Shown here piece by piece: positions 47,658-57,007 of a stretch of DNA of 64,000 nucleotides (the first letter of the stretch is position 1; every line of letters starts with the position of its first letter). A program made the position numbers and the translations under genes. The notes below the pieces were generated by a model that saw nothing but the letters and a program-made list of their open reading frames with translations, had not been told where the DNA came from and made no database searches. Source of the DNA: Thermoleophilaceae bacterium (lineage in GTDB: Bacteria > Actinomycetota > Thermoleophilia > Solirubrobacterales > Thermoleophilaceae); the NCBI GenBank assembly GCA_035629775.1, contig DASPHG010000006.1, positions 693 to 64,692 on the forward strand, given 5' to 3'.

Positions 47658-48665
47658 CTACACCGCGGCGTCGCGCAACCGCTCCGCCGCGAGCTCGGGC
47701 GGCACGATGTTCAGGTTCACGCCCGATCCGAGCTCGAGGCCGGCGGGCTGCGCGAGCCGGGGCAGGATGTCGATTCGCCAGCAGAAGCTCGTCGTGCCGC
47801 GCGGCGCTGTCCGGACCCAGAGGTTGAACGCCGGGACTCCGCCGAGGACGGCCTCGAGCCGGAGAAGGACCTGCCGGAGCATCGCGGCGCCCAGCGGCCC
47901 GTCGTCCTCGTACCGCGCCCGCGGGCGGCGCGGCACGACCTGTATGTGGAACGGCACGCGCGCGGCGTACGGACAGATCGCAACGGCCTCGCTGTCCACC
48001 GCGATCATCCGCTCGCGCAGGCGGACCTCCTCCTGGAGCAGGTCCTCGAGCAGGTTGCGCCCCTGCGTGCGGTCGTGCCAGGCGGTGAACCGCTCGCGCT
48101 CGCGCGCGATCGCCGCCGGGACGAACCCGAGCGCGTAGAGCTGCGCATGCGTGTGCGGGAGCGAGGCGCCCGCCTCGCGACCCTCGTTGACGATGAGGTG
48201 CACGTACTCGGCGTCGGCGTGCGCGTCCATCCGGTCGCGCCACATCCCCATCGCCGTCTCGAGCGCCTCGGGCTCGAGCTCGGCCAGCGAGCTGACCGGC
48301 CGCGGGCTGTTCACGATCACCTCGTGCGCCCCCACGGCGGGGCGCGAAGAGAACAGGTCGGGCTGGCCGCGGCCGCTCGCCAGCGGGTCGTCCGGCGGCG
48401 GCGCGGCCTCTCCGCCCGTGAGCGCCGGGTAGAGGTTCGGCACCACGCGGACGAGCCAGCCCGGCGTGTCCGGCTCGCCTCCTCCGGGGCGAAGCGCGGC
48501 GAGCTCGGGCGGCGTGCGGTCCTCGTGGCCCTCGAGAAACGGATCGCCCTCGGGGTCGATCGGCGGCCGCGGCGCCACCGCGAACTCCCCGCCGGGCCGG
48601 CCGGCGCGCTCGCCCGCGACGATCGTGCGGAGGCCGGACAGCGGGTCGAGCCGCAGCTCAGGCAA
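47658..48665 (-). CDS. galT: galactose-1-phosphate uridylyltransferase (HIT superfamily)
   Basis: MPELRLDPLSG...IVAGERAGRP... and the active-site segment SLPHTHAQLYAL (HxHxQ). Confidence 0.88.
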   Translation of the reverse strand: MPELRLDPLSGLRTIVAGERAGRPGGEFAVAPRPPIDPEGDPFLEGHEDRTPPELAALRPGGGEPDTPGWLVRVVPNLYPALTGGEAAPPPDDPLASGRGQPDLFSSRPAVGAHEVIVNSPRPVSSLAELEPEALETAMGMWRDRMDAHADAEYVHLIVNEGREAGASLPHTHAQLYALGFVPAAIARERERFTAWHDRTQGRNLLEDLLQEEVRLRERMIAVDSEAVAICPYAARVPFHIQVVPRRPRARYEDDGPLGAAMLRQVLLRLEAVLGGVPAFNLWVRTAPRGTTSFCWRIDILPRLAQPAGLELGSGVNLNIVPPELAAERLRDAAV

Positions 48666-49086
48666 GGGGCTTCTCCATCGACACGTGGGGGATGCCCTCC
48701 TCCACGAACGGCTCGCCGTAGACGCTGTAGCCGGCGGCCGCGTACATGTGCTCGACGTAGCGTTGGGCGTGTAGCCGCATGGTGTGGGCGCCGGACTCGC
48801 GGGCGGAATGCTCGGCGGCGGCCAGTATCGCCGCTCCGACTCCGCGACCGCGGACGGGACGATCGACCGCCATGCGCCCGAGGCGGCCGATGCCGTCCTC
48901 GCCCAGCAGCACGCGGCACGTCCCGACCACGTGGCTTTCGTCGACGGCCACGACGTGAATCGCTCCGTCGTCCAAGCCGTCCTGGTCGGCCGCGAGCTCG
49001 ACGCCCTGCTCGACGCAGAAGACCTGCTCGCGCAGCGCGAGCGCCGCGTCGACCTCGGCCCGGTCTCGCGCCCTCCGGACCTCCAC
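48658..49086 (-). CDS. GNAT-family N-acetyltransferase
   Basis: GTG 49086 overlapping the upstream stop. LGRMAVDRPVRGRGVGAAIL is the acetyl-CoA-binding (Q/RxxGxG/A) motif. Confidence 0.8.
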   Translation of the reverse strand: MEVRRARDRAEVDAALALREQVFCVEQGVELAADQDGLDDGAIHVVAVDESHVVGTCRVLLGEDGIGRLGRMAVDRPVRGRGVGAAILAAAEHSARESGAHTMRLHAQRYVEHMYAAAGYSVYGEPFVEEGIPHVSMEKPLA

Positions 49087-49628
49087 TAGCGCGCGTAGCG
49101 CTCGATGTCCGCGACCAGGTCGGCCTCGTCCCGGTAGCCGCCCTGCTTCACGTACGCGAGCTCGCCCTTCGAGTCGTAGAACGCGGTCGTTGGGAACGCG
49201 AGCTGGCCCTTGAAGACCGCGGCGACCTCGAGCGACGGATCCTTGTAGCTCGGGTAGGGCACCGGGTACTCCGCGAGGAACTCGCGCGCGTCGTCGTCGT
49301 TGTCGTTCGAGTCCACGCCGATGAACGCCACCTTCTTCGCGCGCTTCGCGGCCTGGTTCTGGAAGTAGGGAAACTCCGCCCGGCAAGGCGGGCACCAGGA
49401 CGCCCACTTGTTCACGACGACCGGATAGCCCTTCAGCTCGCGCAGGCGCTGTTCGAACGCCTCCGGCCCGCCGTCGAGCAGCTCGTTCCCCTGGCGGTGG
49501 AGCGCGGCGATCGGCGGCGGCGCGCCCTTCAGCTGCGCCGCGTCCGCGGGGCGGCTCTCGGGGTCGTCCGAGCCGCATCCGAGGAGTACCGAGGCGACGA
49601 CCAGGATCGCTGCCCACGCGCGGAGCAT
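49086..49628 (-). CDS. TlpA/ResA-like thiol:disulfide oxidoreductase, lipoprotein
   Basis: ATG 49628: MLRAWAAILVVASVLLGC lipobox. Thioredoxin active site NKWASWCPPCRAEFP. Confidence 0.85.
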   Translation of the reverse strand: MLRAWAAILVVASVLLGCGSDDPESRPADAAQLKGAPPPIAALHRQGNELLDGGPEAFEQRLRELKGYPVVVNKWASWCPPCRAEFPYFQNQAAKRAKKVAFIGVDSNDNDDDAREFLAEYPVPYPSYKDPSLEVAAVFKGQLAFPTTAFYDSKGELAYVKQGGYRDEADLVADIERYAR

Positions 49629-49834
49629 GCGCGAAGGGTGCCACACGCGCGGTCCCCCATCCGGCAGCCCGGGCCGCTTCTTTGGGTGCTATTCTGGCGG
49701 TAGTTCACGGCTTCGAGGCAAGGCCGAGAGCTCCCGCCGCCGCCCATAACGGGACGGCGACCTAACTCGGGACGTGTAGCTGCCGGTAGGGCCCCGGCCC
49801 GCCGACCCGGACAGCGACCGTTCTCTCTTCACGT

Positions 49835-52360
49835 ATGGCTGAAAGCACTTCTGTCGTTCTGCCACCGTCGGTTTCCGACGCGGATCTTCGGCGCGCCGAG
49901 GAGTTCACGCGCGAGCCGTTCCTGCACGAGGGCGAGGAGCCGGCCGCCGCGCTGGCGGAGGGCACGGCACGCCGGCGCGCACTCGACGACGCCATCGCCG
50001 AGATCGAGGCTGGGCGCGAGGAGCCGTCGGTCGAGTGGCGGCGCGAGTACTCGCTGATGCTCGGGCTCGAGCGGCTGCTCGCCCAAGACGAGCCACACCT
50101 GGCCGACGGCACGACGCTCAACCCGCACCAGGTGGACGCGCTGTCGGGCACGCTGATCGCGCTCATGGCCGAGATCCAGAGCGGCCGAGGGCCGCTCGGG
50201 AACGGCAACGGTAACGGCCGCCATGTCGAGGAGCTGCCCTCCGACGAGGAGGTGTTGGAGGGCGACGAGGAGATCGCCGACGACGACGAGCCGGTCGACT
50301 GGGACCCGGCCGCCGAGCAGGAGGACGAGGAGGAGCAGCAGCTCCCCGAGCAGCCCGAGGATCCGGGCGCCTCGCGCCGATTCTGGTTCGAGCACGCGAC
50401 CGGCGCCGGGAAGACCGTCGCCGCGATGGGCTTCGTCGACGCCTCACGCACCGGCGGGATCCTGATCCTCACGCACCGGCGCAACCTCGTCGACCAGTTC
50501 AACGGCGAGCTCAACCAGCGCGGCTACAAGAAGCGCGCGAGCGCGGCGCTCCTGAAGGACAACAAGGAGCCGCGCGCGAACGGCCCGGTGACGATCGAGA
50601 CCTACCAGTGGTTCGTCCGCAACGCGGGGAACATCTCCGACGCCTACACGATCGTCATCTGCGACGAGGCGCACACCGCGCTCGGCGAGAAGACGAGCGC
50701 GGCGATCCGCAAGTGGCTCGGCCCCGTCTTCGTCGGGATGACCGCCACGGGGGCGCTGATCGCGCGCCACGTGACGGACCTGTTCCCCACCCAGACGTCG
50801 CGGTTCGACCTGGCGCAGGCCGCGCGCCGCGCCGTCATAGCGCCGCTCCGATGTGTGCGGATCCCGCCCGGGGTCGGCGTGCGGACGATCGCGAAGGTCC
50901 CGCTTCGCAAGGGCGAGGTCGACCAGGACTTCGACCAGGAAGAGCTGGCCGCCCTGCTCGACCAGGGACCGTTCAACGCCGCGGTGGCGGACCTGTACCG
51001 CGTGCGCTTCAAGGATCTGCCCGGCGTCGTCTACTCGGCGGGCGTCAAGCACGCCCACAACGTCGCGAAGGCCTTCCAGGACGCCGGCATCAAGGCGAAG
51101 GCGGTCTCGGGCGAGACGCCCAAGCGCGAGCTGACGCGCATCCTGGCTGCCTACGAGCGCGGCGAGATCGACGTCCTGGTGAACGCGCAGCTCCTGGCGG
51201 AGGGCTGGAACTCGCCGCGCGCGACCGTGTGCATGCACCTGGCGCCGACGGCTTCCAAGCGCATCTACCAGCAGCGCGTCGGCCGTGTCACCCGCCGTAA
51301 TCCGGGCAAGGAGGCGGGCATCGTCGTGGACTTCGTCCATCCGGCGACGACGCACGACGATCCGGTCGTCACCCTCCATTCCCTGCTGGGACGCGACGTC
51401 TACCGCGGCGGCGCGATCGTGGTCGGGCCGGTGCGCCGCGGCCGCGGGCGGCGACTGCGCGTCGAGCGCCGCGTCCTGCCCGTGTCGGACGACCTCGAGC
51501 GGCGCCGGCTCGTCTTCGAGCGCGAGCTCTGGCGGATCGCGGTCGAGAACCTGCACTGGGGCGAGCAGCACGTGTGGGCTCAGCTCGCCGGCGCGCGCGT
51601 CACCTCGAACAACTGGCGCCGGGCGAAGGCGATGCTCCACTTCGACTCCACCGGCGAGCTGCGGCGCGCGTACCTCGTCACCTGTCTCCAGCGCAACCGG
51701 AACTCCCAGCTGCGGATCCGCGCCCTGCAGGAGATCGCGGGCTCACGGGACGCCGAGGCGTTCGACGAGGCGGTCGAGATCGTGGGCGGCTGGTCGCGCG
51801 ACGAGCGCCGGGAGGGTGTCAAGGTGCTTCTGCAGGCGCTCGCCGAGAAGCCCATCGGCCGCCGCGACCAGGCCGCGAACTGGATCTGGCACCTGGCCGA
51901 GTACACACGCGAGGTGCATGAGGAGTACGCCGTCCAGCGCTGGCCCGAGACGAAGCGCCTGCTGGGCCTGCTCGTGAACTCGTCGGGCGGCGCGCACGCC
52001 CGCAACGCGCGCCGGCTGGTGCATGCGGCGCGCAAGCACGACCGCCGGCTCGCGACCGCGCTGCTGGCCGCGGCGCTCGCGCACACGCCCGAGGCCGCCG
52101 ACGTGCTGAACGGCGCCCGCGCCCGGATGGCGCGCAAGCCGTCCGCGATCGCGCGTGAGCTCCTGCGCAACTTTCCGAAGGGCCGCCGGCGCCGCGGTGG
52201 GCGCAGGCGTGGCCGGAAGCCCCAGGGCCAGGGGGAGAAGGCGAACGGAGCGAGGCCGCAGGAAGTGATCGAGACGCCGGAGACGGAAGCCGAGAACGCC
52301 GACGTCACCGAAAAGCCCGGGGACGAGCCCGAAAAGGGCGAGGAGCCCGAAGCCGCCTAA
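49835..52360 (+). CDS. superfamily-2 DEAD/DEAH-box helicase (type III restriction Res-subunit-like core) with a long C-terminal domain
   Basis: Motif I HATGAGKT, motif II ICDEAHT, motif III MTATG, motif VI QQRVGRVTR. Acidic insert upstream of the core and a basic/acidic C-terminal tail. Confidence 0.85.
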   Translation: MAESTSVVLPPSVSDADLRRAEEFTREPFLHEGEEPAAALAEGTARRRALDDAIAEIEAGREEPSVEWRREYSLMLGLERLLAQDEPHLADGTTLNPHQVDALSGTLIALMAEIQSGRGPLGNGNGNGRHVEELPSDEEVLEGDEEIADDDEPVDWDPAAEQEDEEEQQLPEQPEDPGASRRFWFEHATGAGKTVAAMGFVDASRTGGILILTHRRNLVDQFNGELNQRGYKKRASAALLKDNKEPRANGPVTIETYQWFVRNAGNISDAYTIVICDEAHTALGEKTSAAIRKWLGPVFVGMTATGALIARHVTDLFPTQTSRFDLAQAARRAVIAPLRCVRIPPGVGVRTIAKVPLRKGEVDQDFDQEELAALLDQGPFNAAVADLYRVRFKDLPGVVYSAGVKHAHNVAKAFQDAGIKAKAVSGETPKRELTRILAAYERGEIDVLVNAQLLAEGWNSPRATVCMHLAPTASKRIYQQRVGRVTRRNPGKEAGIVVDFVHPATTHDDPVVTLHSLLGRDVYRGGAIVVGPVRRGRGRRLRVERRVLPVSDDLERRRLVFERELWRIAVENLHWGEQHVWAQLAGARVTSNNWRRAKAMLHFDSTGELRRAYLVTCLQRNRNSQLRIRALQEIAGSRDAEAFDEAVEIVGGWSRDERREGVKVLLQALAEKPIGRRDQAANWIWHLAEYTREVHEEYAVQRWPETKRLLGLLVNSSGGAHARNARRLVHAARKHDRRLATALLAAALAHTPEAADVLNGARARMARKPSAIARELLRNFPKGRRRRGGRRRGRKPQGQGEKANGARPQEVIETPETEAENADVTEKPGDEPEKGEEPEAA

Positions 52361-52364
52361 GGGT

Positions 52365-52389
52365 GAACAAGGGGCCTGGCCCCTTGTTC
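52365..52389. terminator. bidirectional hairpin between the convergent helicase and birA genes
   Basis: GAACAAGGGGCC-T-GGCCCCTTGTTC, perfect 12-bp arms. It starts 5 nt after the helicase TAA and overlaps the birA stop. Confidence 0.6.
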
Positions 52390-53086
52390 AGCGCCTCAGG
52401 TGGACCTCGCCGGCGTCCAGCTCGACGACGCCCGCGTCGGTCTCGACCCGCAGGGCGCCCGCGTCCGTGATGCCGGCTGCCCTACCCCGCCCGTCGGCCC
52501 AGGCGACCTCGGCGCCGAGCAGCGCGTCACGCTCACGCCACCGAGCGAGCACCTCGTCGGCCGGCCCGGCCAGCCACCGGTCGAGCGAGCCGACCAGCGT
52601 CTCGAGCAGCTCATCCCGCGATGGCGCGCGCCCCGGCGCCGCGAGCGTCAGTGACGTCGCGGTCTCGGCGAGGTCTCCGGCGAACGCGGGCGTCGTCACG
52701 TTCACGCCGATCCCGAGCACGGCCCAGCCCGCCTGCGGCCGGCCCTCGACGAGGATGCCCGACACCTTCCGGCCGTCGATCCAGACGTCGTTCGGCCACT
52801 TGATCCGGCAGCGCACCGGCACATGCGCCTCGCAGGCCTCGCACACGGCGACCGCGGCAACCAGCGGCAGCAGCGCGTCCTTCGTGCCCAGCCCCCGAAC
52901 GATCAGGGACATCAACACGGAATGCCCTGCCTGAGAAGCCCACTCCCGCCCCTGCCGCCCGCGCCCGGCGCTCTGCACGTCCGCGGTCACCAGCGTCCCG
53001 TGCGGGGCACCGCCGGCCGCGAGCTGCTTCGCGCGCTCGTTCGTGGAGTCGGTGGCGCGGTGGTGGACGCGTGGGCGGCCGATCAT
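52388..53086 (-). CDS. birA: biotin--[acetyl-CoA-carboxylase] ligase
   Basis: ...TDSTNERAK...ADVQSAGRGRQGREW... (GRGRxGR biotin-binding loop). Confidence 0.9.
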   Translation of the reverse strand: MIGRPRVHHRATDSTNERAKQLAAGGAPHGTLVTADVQSAGRGRQGREWASQAGHSVLMSLIVRGLGTKDALLPLVAAVAVCEACEAHVPVRCRIKWPNDVWIDGRKVSGILVEGRPQAGWAVLGIGVNVTTPAFAGDLAETATSLTLAAPGRAPSRDELLETLVGSLDRWLAGPADEVLARWRERDALLGAEVAWADGRGRAAGITDAGALRVETDAGVVELDAGEVHLRR

Positions 53087-53883
53087 CGCGGCCGCAGCAC
53101 GATCGGCGCGTCGGGCGCCAGCCGCAGCGCCGCGGCGGCGTCGCCGCGGTTGATCGCCACCGCGAGCATGCGCTGCGCGTCCTCGTACAGGATGAGCTCG
53201 CCGCGCCGGACGTCCGCGAACGTCTGCGTGAAGGTGCCGATGAACCGTTCGCCGCGCGCCTCGATCTCGACCGTCCGTCCCAGCGAGATCCCGGTCCCCG
53301 CAAGCTCGTCGTGCCCGACATTCAGCGACGCGTTGCCGAACCGGTCCACGAGGACCACGTGCGCGAGGACCTCGCGCTCGCGCACCTCCGGCTTCGGCAG
53401 GTCGAGCAGCTGGAGCTCGTCGGGCTCGACATGCTCACCCGCGTCGGCGAGGGGCGCTCCGGCCGCCAGGTGGGCCGCCACCGGCGCGAAGATGTCACGG
53501 CCGTGGAAGGTGGCCGACACGGGCTCGAGCCGGTGGTGCGAGCGGCTGATGTCCACGGCCTCGACAACGCCGCCGCAGGCCTCCCAGGCCAGACTGAGCA
53601 GACCGTTGTCGGGACCCACGAGCGCGCGGCCGTCGCCAGTGCGCACGGCGAGCCCGCGCCGCTCGGTCCCGACCTGCGGGTCCACGATCGCCACGTGCAC
53701 GCCCACCGGGACGTACGGCAGCGAGTTGCGCAGGACGACCGCCCCCTGGCGGACGCCGTAGCGCGGGATGCCGTGCGTCAGGTCGACGATCGCGACGTCG
53801 GGTGCGATCCCCCGGATGACCGCATGGCAGACCCCGACGAACTCGTCCTCGTGGCCGTAGTCGGTCAGGAGCGAGACGATCAT
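53083..53883 (-). CDS. SAM hydroxide adenosyltransferase / chlorinase-fluorinase family (DUF62) protein
   Basis: MIVSLLTDYGHEDEFVGVCHAVI...VDLTHGIP... is the characteristic N-terminus of this family. Confidence 0.8.
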   Translation of the reverse strand: MIVSLLTDYGHEDEFVGVCHAVIRGIAPDVAIVDLTHGIPRYGVRQGAVVLRNSLPYVPVGVHVAIVDPQVGTERRGLAVRTGDGRALVGPDNGLLSLAWEACGGVVEAVDISRSHHRLEPVSATFHGRDIFAPVAAHLAAGAPLADAGEHVEPDELQLLDLPKPEVREREVLAHVVLVDRFGNASLNVGHDELAGTGISLGRTVEIEARGERFIGTFTQTFADVRRGELILYEDAQRMLAVAINRGDAAAALRLAPDAPIVLRPR

Positions 53884-55361
53884 CGCGCGGCGTCGGCGAC
53901 GAGCGCCTCGACCAGCCCGTCGATGTCGTGGCGCTCCGCCTCCACGTGGACCTCGAGGCCGCGCTGGCGCGCGGTGGCGGTCGTGACCGGGCCGATCGAC
54001 ACGACGCGCGCGCCGTTCGGCACCCCCGCGGCGTCGAGGAAACGGCTGACGGTCGAGCTGGACGTGAAGGTGATGTAGTCGGCGCCGCCCACCGCCTCGA
54101 GCACGTCGGGGGCCAGCGGGTCGCCGACGGTGTCGTAGAGCGCGACCACGTCCACGCTCGCGCCCCGTTCGCGCAGGCCGTCGGGCAGGACGTCGCGCGC
54201 GTCCGCCGCCCGCGCGACCAGCACGCGCCTACCGTCGAGGTCGAGCCCCGCCAGTTCCTCCAGCAGCGACTCCGCCACACTGCGCTCGGGCACGACGTCG
54301 GCGCGGACACCGCGCGCCGCAAGGGCCCGCGCAGTCCCCGGCCCGATCGCCGCCACGGTTACGCCGGCGAGCGCCCTCGCGTCGCGCCCGTCCCCCGCGA
54401 GCGCGTCGAACAGCAGCGCCGCGCCGTTGGGGCTGGTCACGCACAGCAGGTCGTAGCTTCCGATCTCGGCGGCCGCGCGGGCTATGTCGCCCTCGACCGC
54501 CCGCGGCTCGATCCTGATCGCGGGCGCCTCGACCACGTCGGCCCCGAGCGCGCGCAGCGTCGCCGCGAGGCCGCTCGCCTGCGCCCGGGCACGCGTGACC
54601 ACCACCCGCCGGCCGTGCAGCGGGCGGCGTTCGATCCAGGCGAGTCCCTCGCGGAGCCGCGCGACCGGACCCACGAGCGTGATCGCCGGCGGCCGCACGC
54701 CCGCCGCGGCCACCGCCTCCGCGAGCTCGCCGAGCGGCGCGCTGACCGTGCGCTGGCCGGGCAGCGTGCCGCGCTCGACGACGGCCGCGGGCTCGTCGGC
54801 CGGGCGGCCCGCGTCGATCAGCCGCGCCGCGATGCCGGGCAGCCGGCGCACGCCCATGTAGAGCACGAGCGTCCCCGGGAAGGCGGCCAGCGCCGCCCAG
54901 TCGATTGCGCTCTCCTCCTTCTCCGGGTCTTCGTGACCGGTCACGAACGCGACGGCCGAGGCCGCCTCGCGGTGCGTGACCGGAATGCCCGCGTAGGCCG
55001 GGGCCGCGATCCCGGCCGTGACGCCGGGCACGACCTCGAAGTCGACGCCGGCGGCGGCCAGCGCCTCCGCCTCCTCGCCGCCGCGCCCGAACACGAACGG
55101 ATCACCGCCCTTCAGGCGCACCACCGTCCGACCGGCGCGGCCGTGCTCCACGAGCAGCGCGTTGATCTCCTTCTGCGAGGTCGACTCCCCTCCCGGTGAC
55201 TTGCCGACGTAGTGGAGGTCGGCGTCCGAGCGCGCGCCGTCGAGCGCGCCCGCGGGAACGAGCCGGTCGTACAGGATCACGTCGGCGGCGGCGATCAGCT
55301 CGAGCGAGCGCCGAGTCATCAGCCCCGGATCGCCGGGACCCGCTCCGACCAGGTGGACCAT
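53880..55361 (-). CDS. cobA: bifunctional uroporphyrinogen-III C-methyltransferase / uroporphyrinogen-III synthase
   Basis: N-terminal SUMT motifs VHLVGAGPGDPGL, RLKGGDPFVFGRGGEE, VPGVTAG. The C-terminal half is HemD-like (GRRVVVTRA...). Confidence 0.9.
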   Translation of the reverse strand: MVHLVGAGPGDPGLMTRRSLELIAAADVILYDRLVPAGALDGARSDADLHYVGKSPGGESTSQKEINALLVEHGRAGRTVVRLKGGDPFVFGRGGEEAEALAAAGVDFEVVPGVTAGIAAPAYAGIPVTHREAASAVAFVTGHEDPEKEESAIDWAALAAFPGTLVLYMGVRRLPGIAARLIDAGRPADEPAAVVERGTLPGQRTVSAPLGELAEAVAAAGVRPPAITLVGPVARLREGLAWIERRPLHGRRVVVTRARAQASGLAATLRALGADVVEAPAIRIEPRAVEGDIARAAAEIGSYDLLCVTSPNGAALLFDALAGDGRDARALAGVTVAAIGPGTARALAARGVRADVVPERSVAESLLEELAGLDLDGRRVLVARAADARDVLPDGLRERGASVDVVALYDTVGDPLAPDVLEAVGGADYITFTSSSTVSRFLDAAGVPNGARVVSIGPVTTATARQRGLEVHVEAERHDIDGLVEALVADAAR

Positions 55362-55458
55362 CAGGTCAAGGCTACGTGGGTCGTGCGGGCGGCCACCTCG
55401 TCAGCTCGATGCGCCAAGACGCTGGCGCTAGGGCTCGACCGACCCTACGTTGGTCGGA

Positions 55459-57000
55459 ATGAAGCGAGCGCTCGCACTCTGCCTGGTCGCCTGCTCGGTC
55501 GCCCTGGTGGCCGTCGTCGCCGGCGGGTTGGGATCGGCCACCGCGAAGACCGACGCCAGCGCCGCCGCGAAGCGGCCGCTCGGCTACAAGCTCGCCGACC
55601 AGGTCTGGGCAAACAAAAAGCTCGCGCGGTCGGTCAAGGCGACTCAACGGATTCTCGCCCTGAGCGGCGTCTCGACGATCAGCGCGGGCAACACCGTCGC
55701 CGCGGGCGTCGCGCCGCTGTCGCGCTGGCGCATGACCGCCCGCGAGACCGTGTACCTCGCGATGGGCGCGGGCAACCCGCAGGTCACCCTGGGCACCATC
55801 GCGCGCAGGCTGGGCCAGGCCGGCATCGAGATCGATGGCGAATCCGCCGCGACGGCGCTGCCGCAGATGGTCAGCGCCTGGCTCTACGCGGGCGCGAGCC
55901 AGCCGAACGAGCCGCTGAACCAGCCCGCGCTCTTCGTCTGGCAGACGCAGTCGCGCCAGGCCGCGAAGCTGCCGTTCCAGTCGCGACTGTTCACCCCCGA
56001 GAAGCTGGTCCTCTCCTCGCTCGAGGCCATCCTGATCCTCGCGAACCTCGAGCGCGTGATCGAGCCCAGCGCGGCGGCGCGGGCCGCGGACACGACGGCC
56101 ATGGCCGCCCAGGGCGGGCCGTGCGCGTCCGTCAAGTCCGCGTTCGACTCGCTCGGCCCGGTCGCGTCGGGTGCCGCCGACCTCGTGATCGGCGAGGCGA
56201 CCGGCACCGCGATCGGCGCCTACGCCGACTCCCTGAAGAAGGGCTCCGGAGACCAGGTCGGCAAGCTGCTCAGCGGCCTGGATATCGCCGACCGGCTGTG
56301 GCGCACGTATGCGTTCTCGCAGAACGTCGACGTCAACGTGTTCGTCGCCGACGGGGACGGCCCGGTCCGCGGCGACCGCGTGCACAAGCCCACGGACGGC
56401 GACCGGAAGCGCGTGGCCTTCATCGCCGACGTCGGGCTCGACAAGGATGCCCGCGAGGCCCTGGAGAAGCAGCTCGAGGCTGCGAAGGACCACCAGTTCC
56501 AGGAGGCCATGCGGGCGTGCGCGTCGCTCCACGGCATCACGATTCCGAAGAACCCCTACGGGGACCTCGCCAAGGAGATGGAGGAATGGTCGGCCTACTG
56601 GACGCCGATGTGGCGCGGGCAGGAGGTCGTCTGGTACCACCCGCGCCGCATGGACCTGAAGCGCATCGACTTCGCGTCGGCAGGCGCGCTGCTCAAGGTC
56701 GGCATCGAGGACGAGTCCCGCAGGATCCACAACGACAAGCACTCGATCCAGTACTTCTCCGAGTACCCCGCCAAGGTCGAGATCGCGGCGCAGAAGCCTC
56801 CGAGCCCGGTGTCGGTCGCGAAGCTTGCCGCCGCGATCGCCGGCGCTCCGGGCGGGGACTTCGTCGGCCCCATCTCAGAGATGCTCGAGAGCCTGTTCCG
56901 GGCGGTCGCCAAGCCGACGGCCACCGGCAAGCTGATCGTCGAGGAGCACATGGAGAACCCGTGCGTCTTCCGCAGCGCCGGCGCACAGACGAGCTGCTGA
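55459..57000 (+). CDS. hypothetical secreted/lipoprotein, 513 aa, no recognisable domain
   Basis: ATG 55459: MKRALALCLVACSVALVAVVAG (LVAC lipobox-like). Coding-like GC3. On the opposite strand to the flanking hem genes. Confidence 0.7.
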   Translation: MKRALALCLVACSVALVAVVAGGLGSATAKTDASAAAKRPLGYKLADQVWANKKLARSVKATQRILALSGVSTISAGNTVAAGVAPLSRWRMTARETVYLAMGAGNPQVTLGTIARRLGQAGIEIDGESAATALPQMVSAWLYAGASQPNEPLNQPALFVWQTQSRQAAKLPFQSRLFTPEKLVLSSLEAILILANLERVIEPSAAARAADTTAMAAQGGPCASVKSAFDSLGPVASGAADLVIGEATGTAIGAYADSLKKGSGDQVGKLLSGLDIADRLWRTYAFSQNVDVNVFVADGDGPVRGDRVHKPTDGDRKRVAFIADVGLDKDAREALEKQLEAAKDHQFQEAMRACASLHGITIPKNPYGDLAKEMEEWSAYWTPMWRGQEVVWYHPRRMDLKRIDFASAGALLKVGIEDESRRIHNDKHSIQYFSEYPAKVEIAAQKPPSPVSVAKLAAAIAGAPGGDFVGPISEMLESLFRAVAKPTATGKLIVEEHMENPCVFRSAGAQTSC

Positions 57001-57007
57001 GGACGGC

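Noticed and set aside
50198-50218. GGGAACGGCAACGGTAACGGC (GNGNGNG) micro-repeat in the helicase gene
   Set aside because: A short in-frame low-complexity linker, not a tandem-repeat locus.
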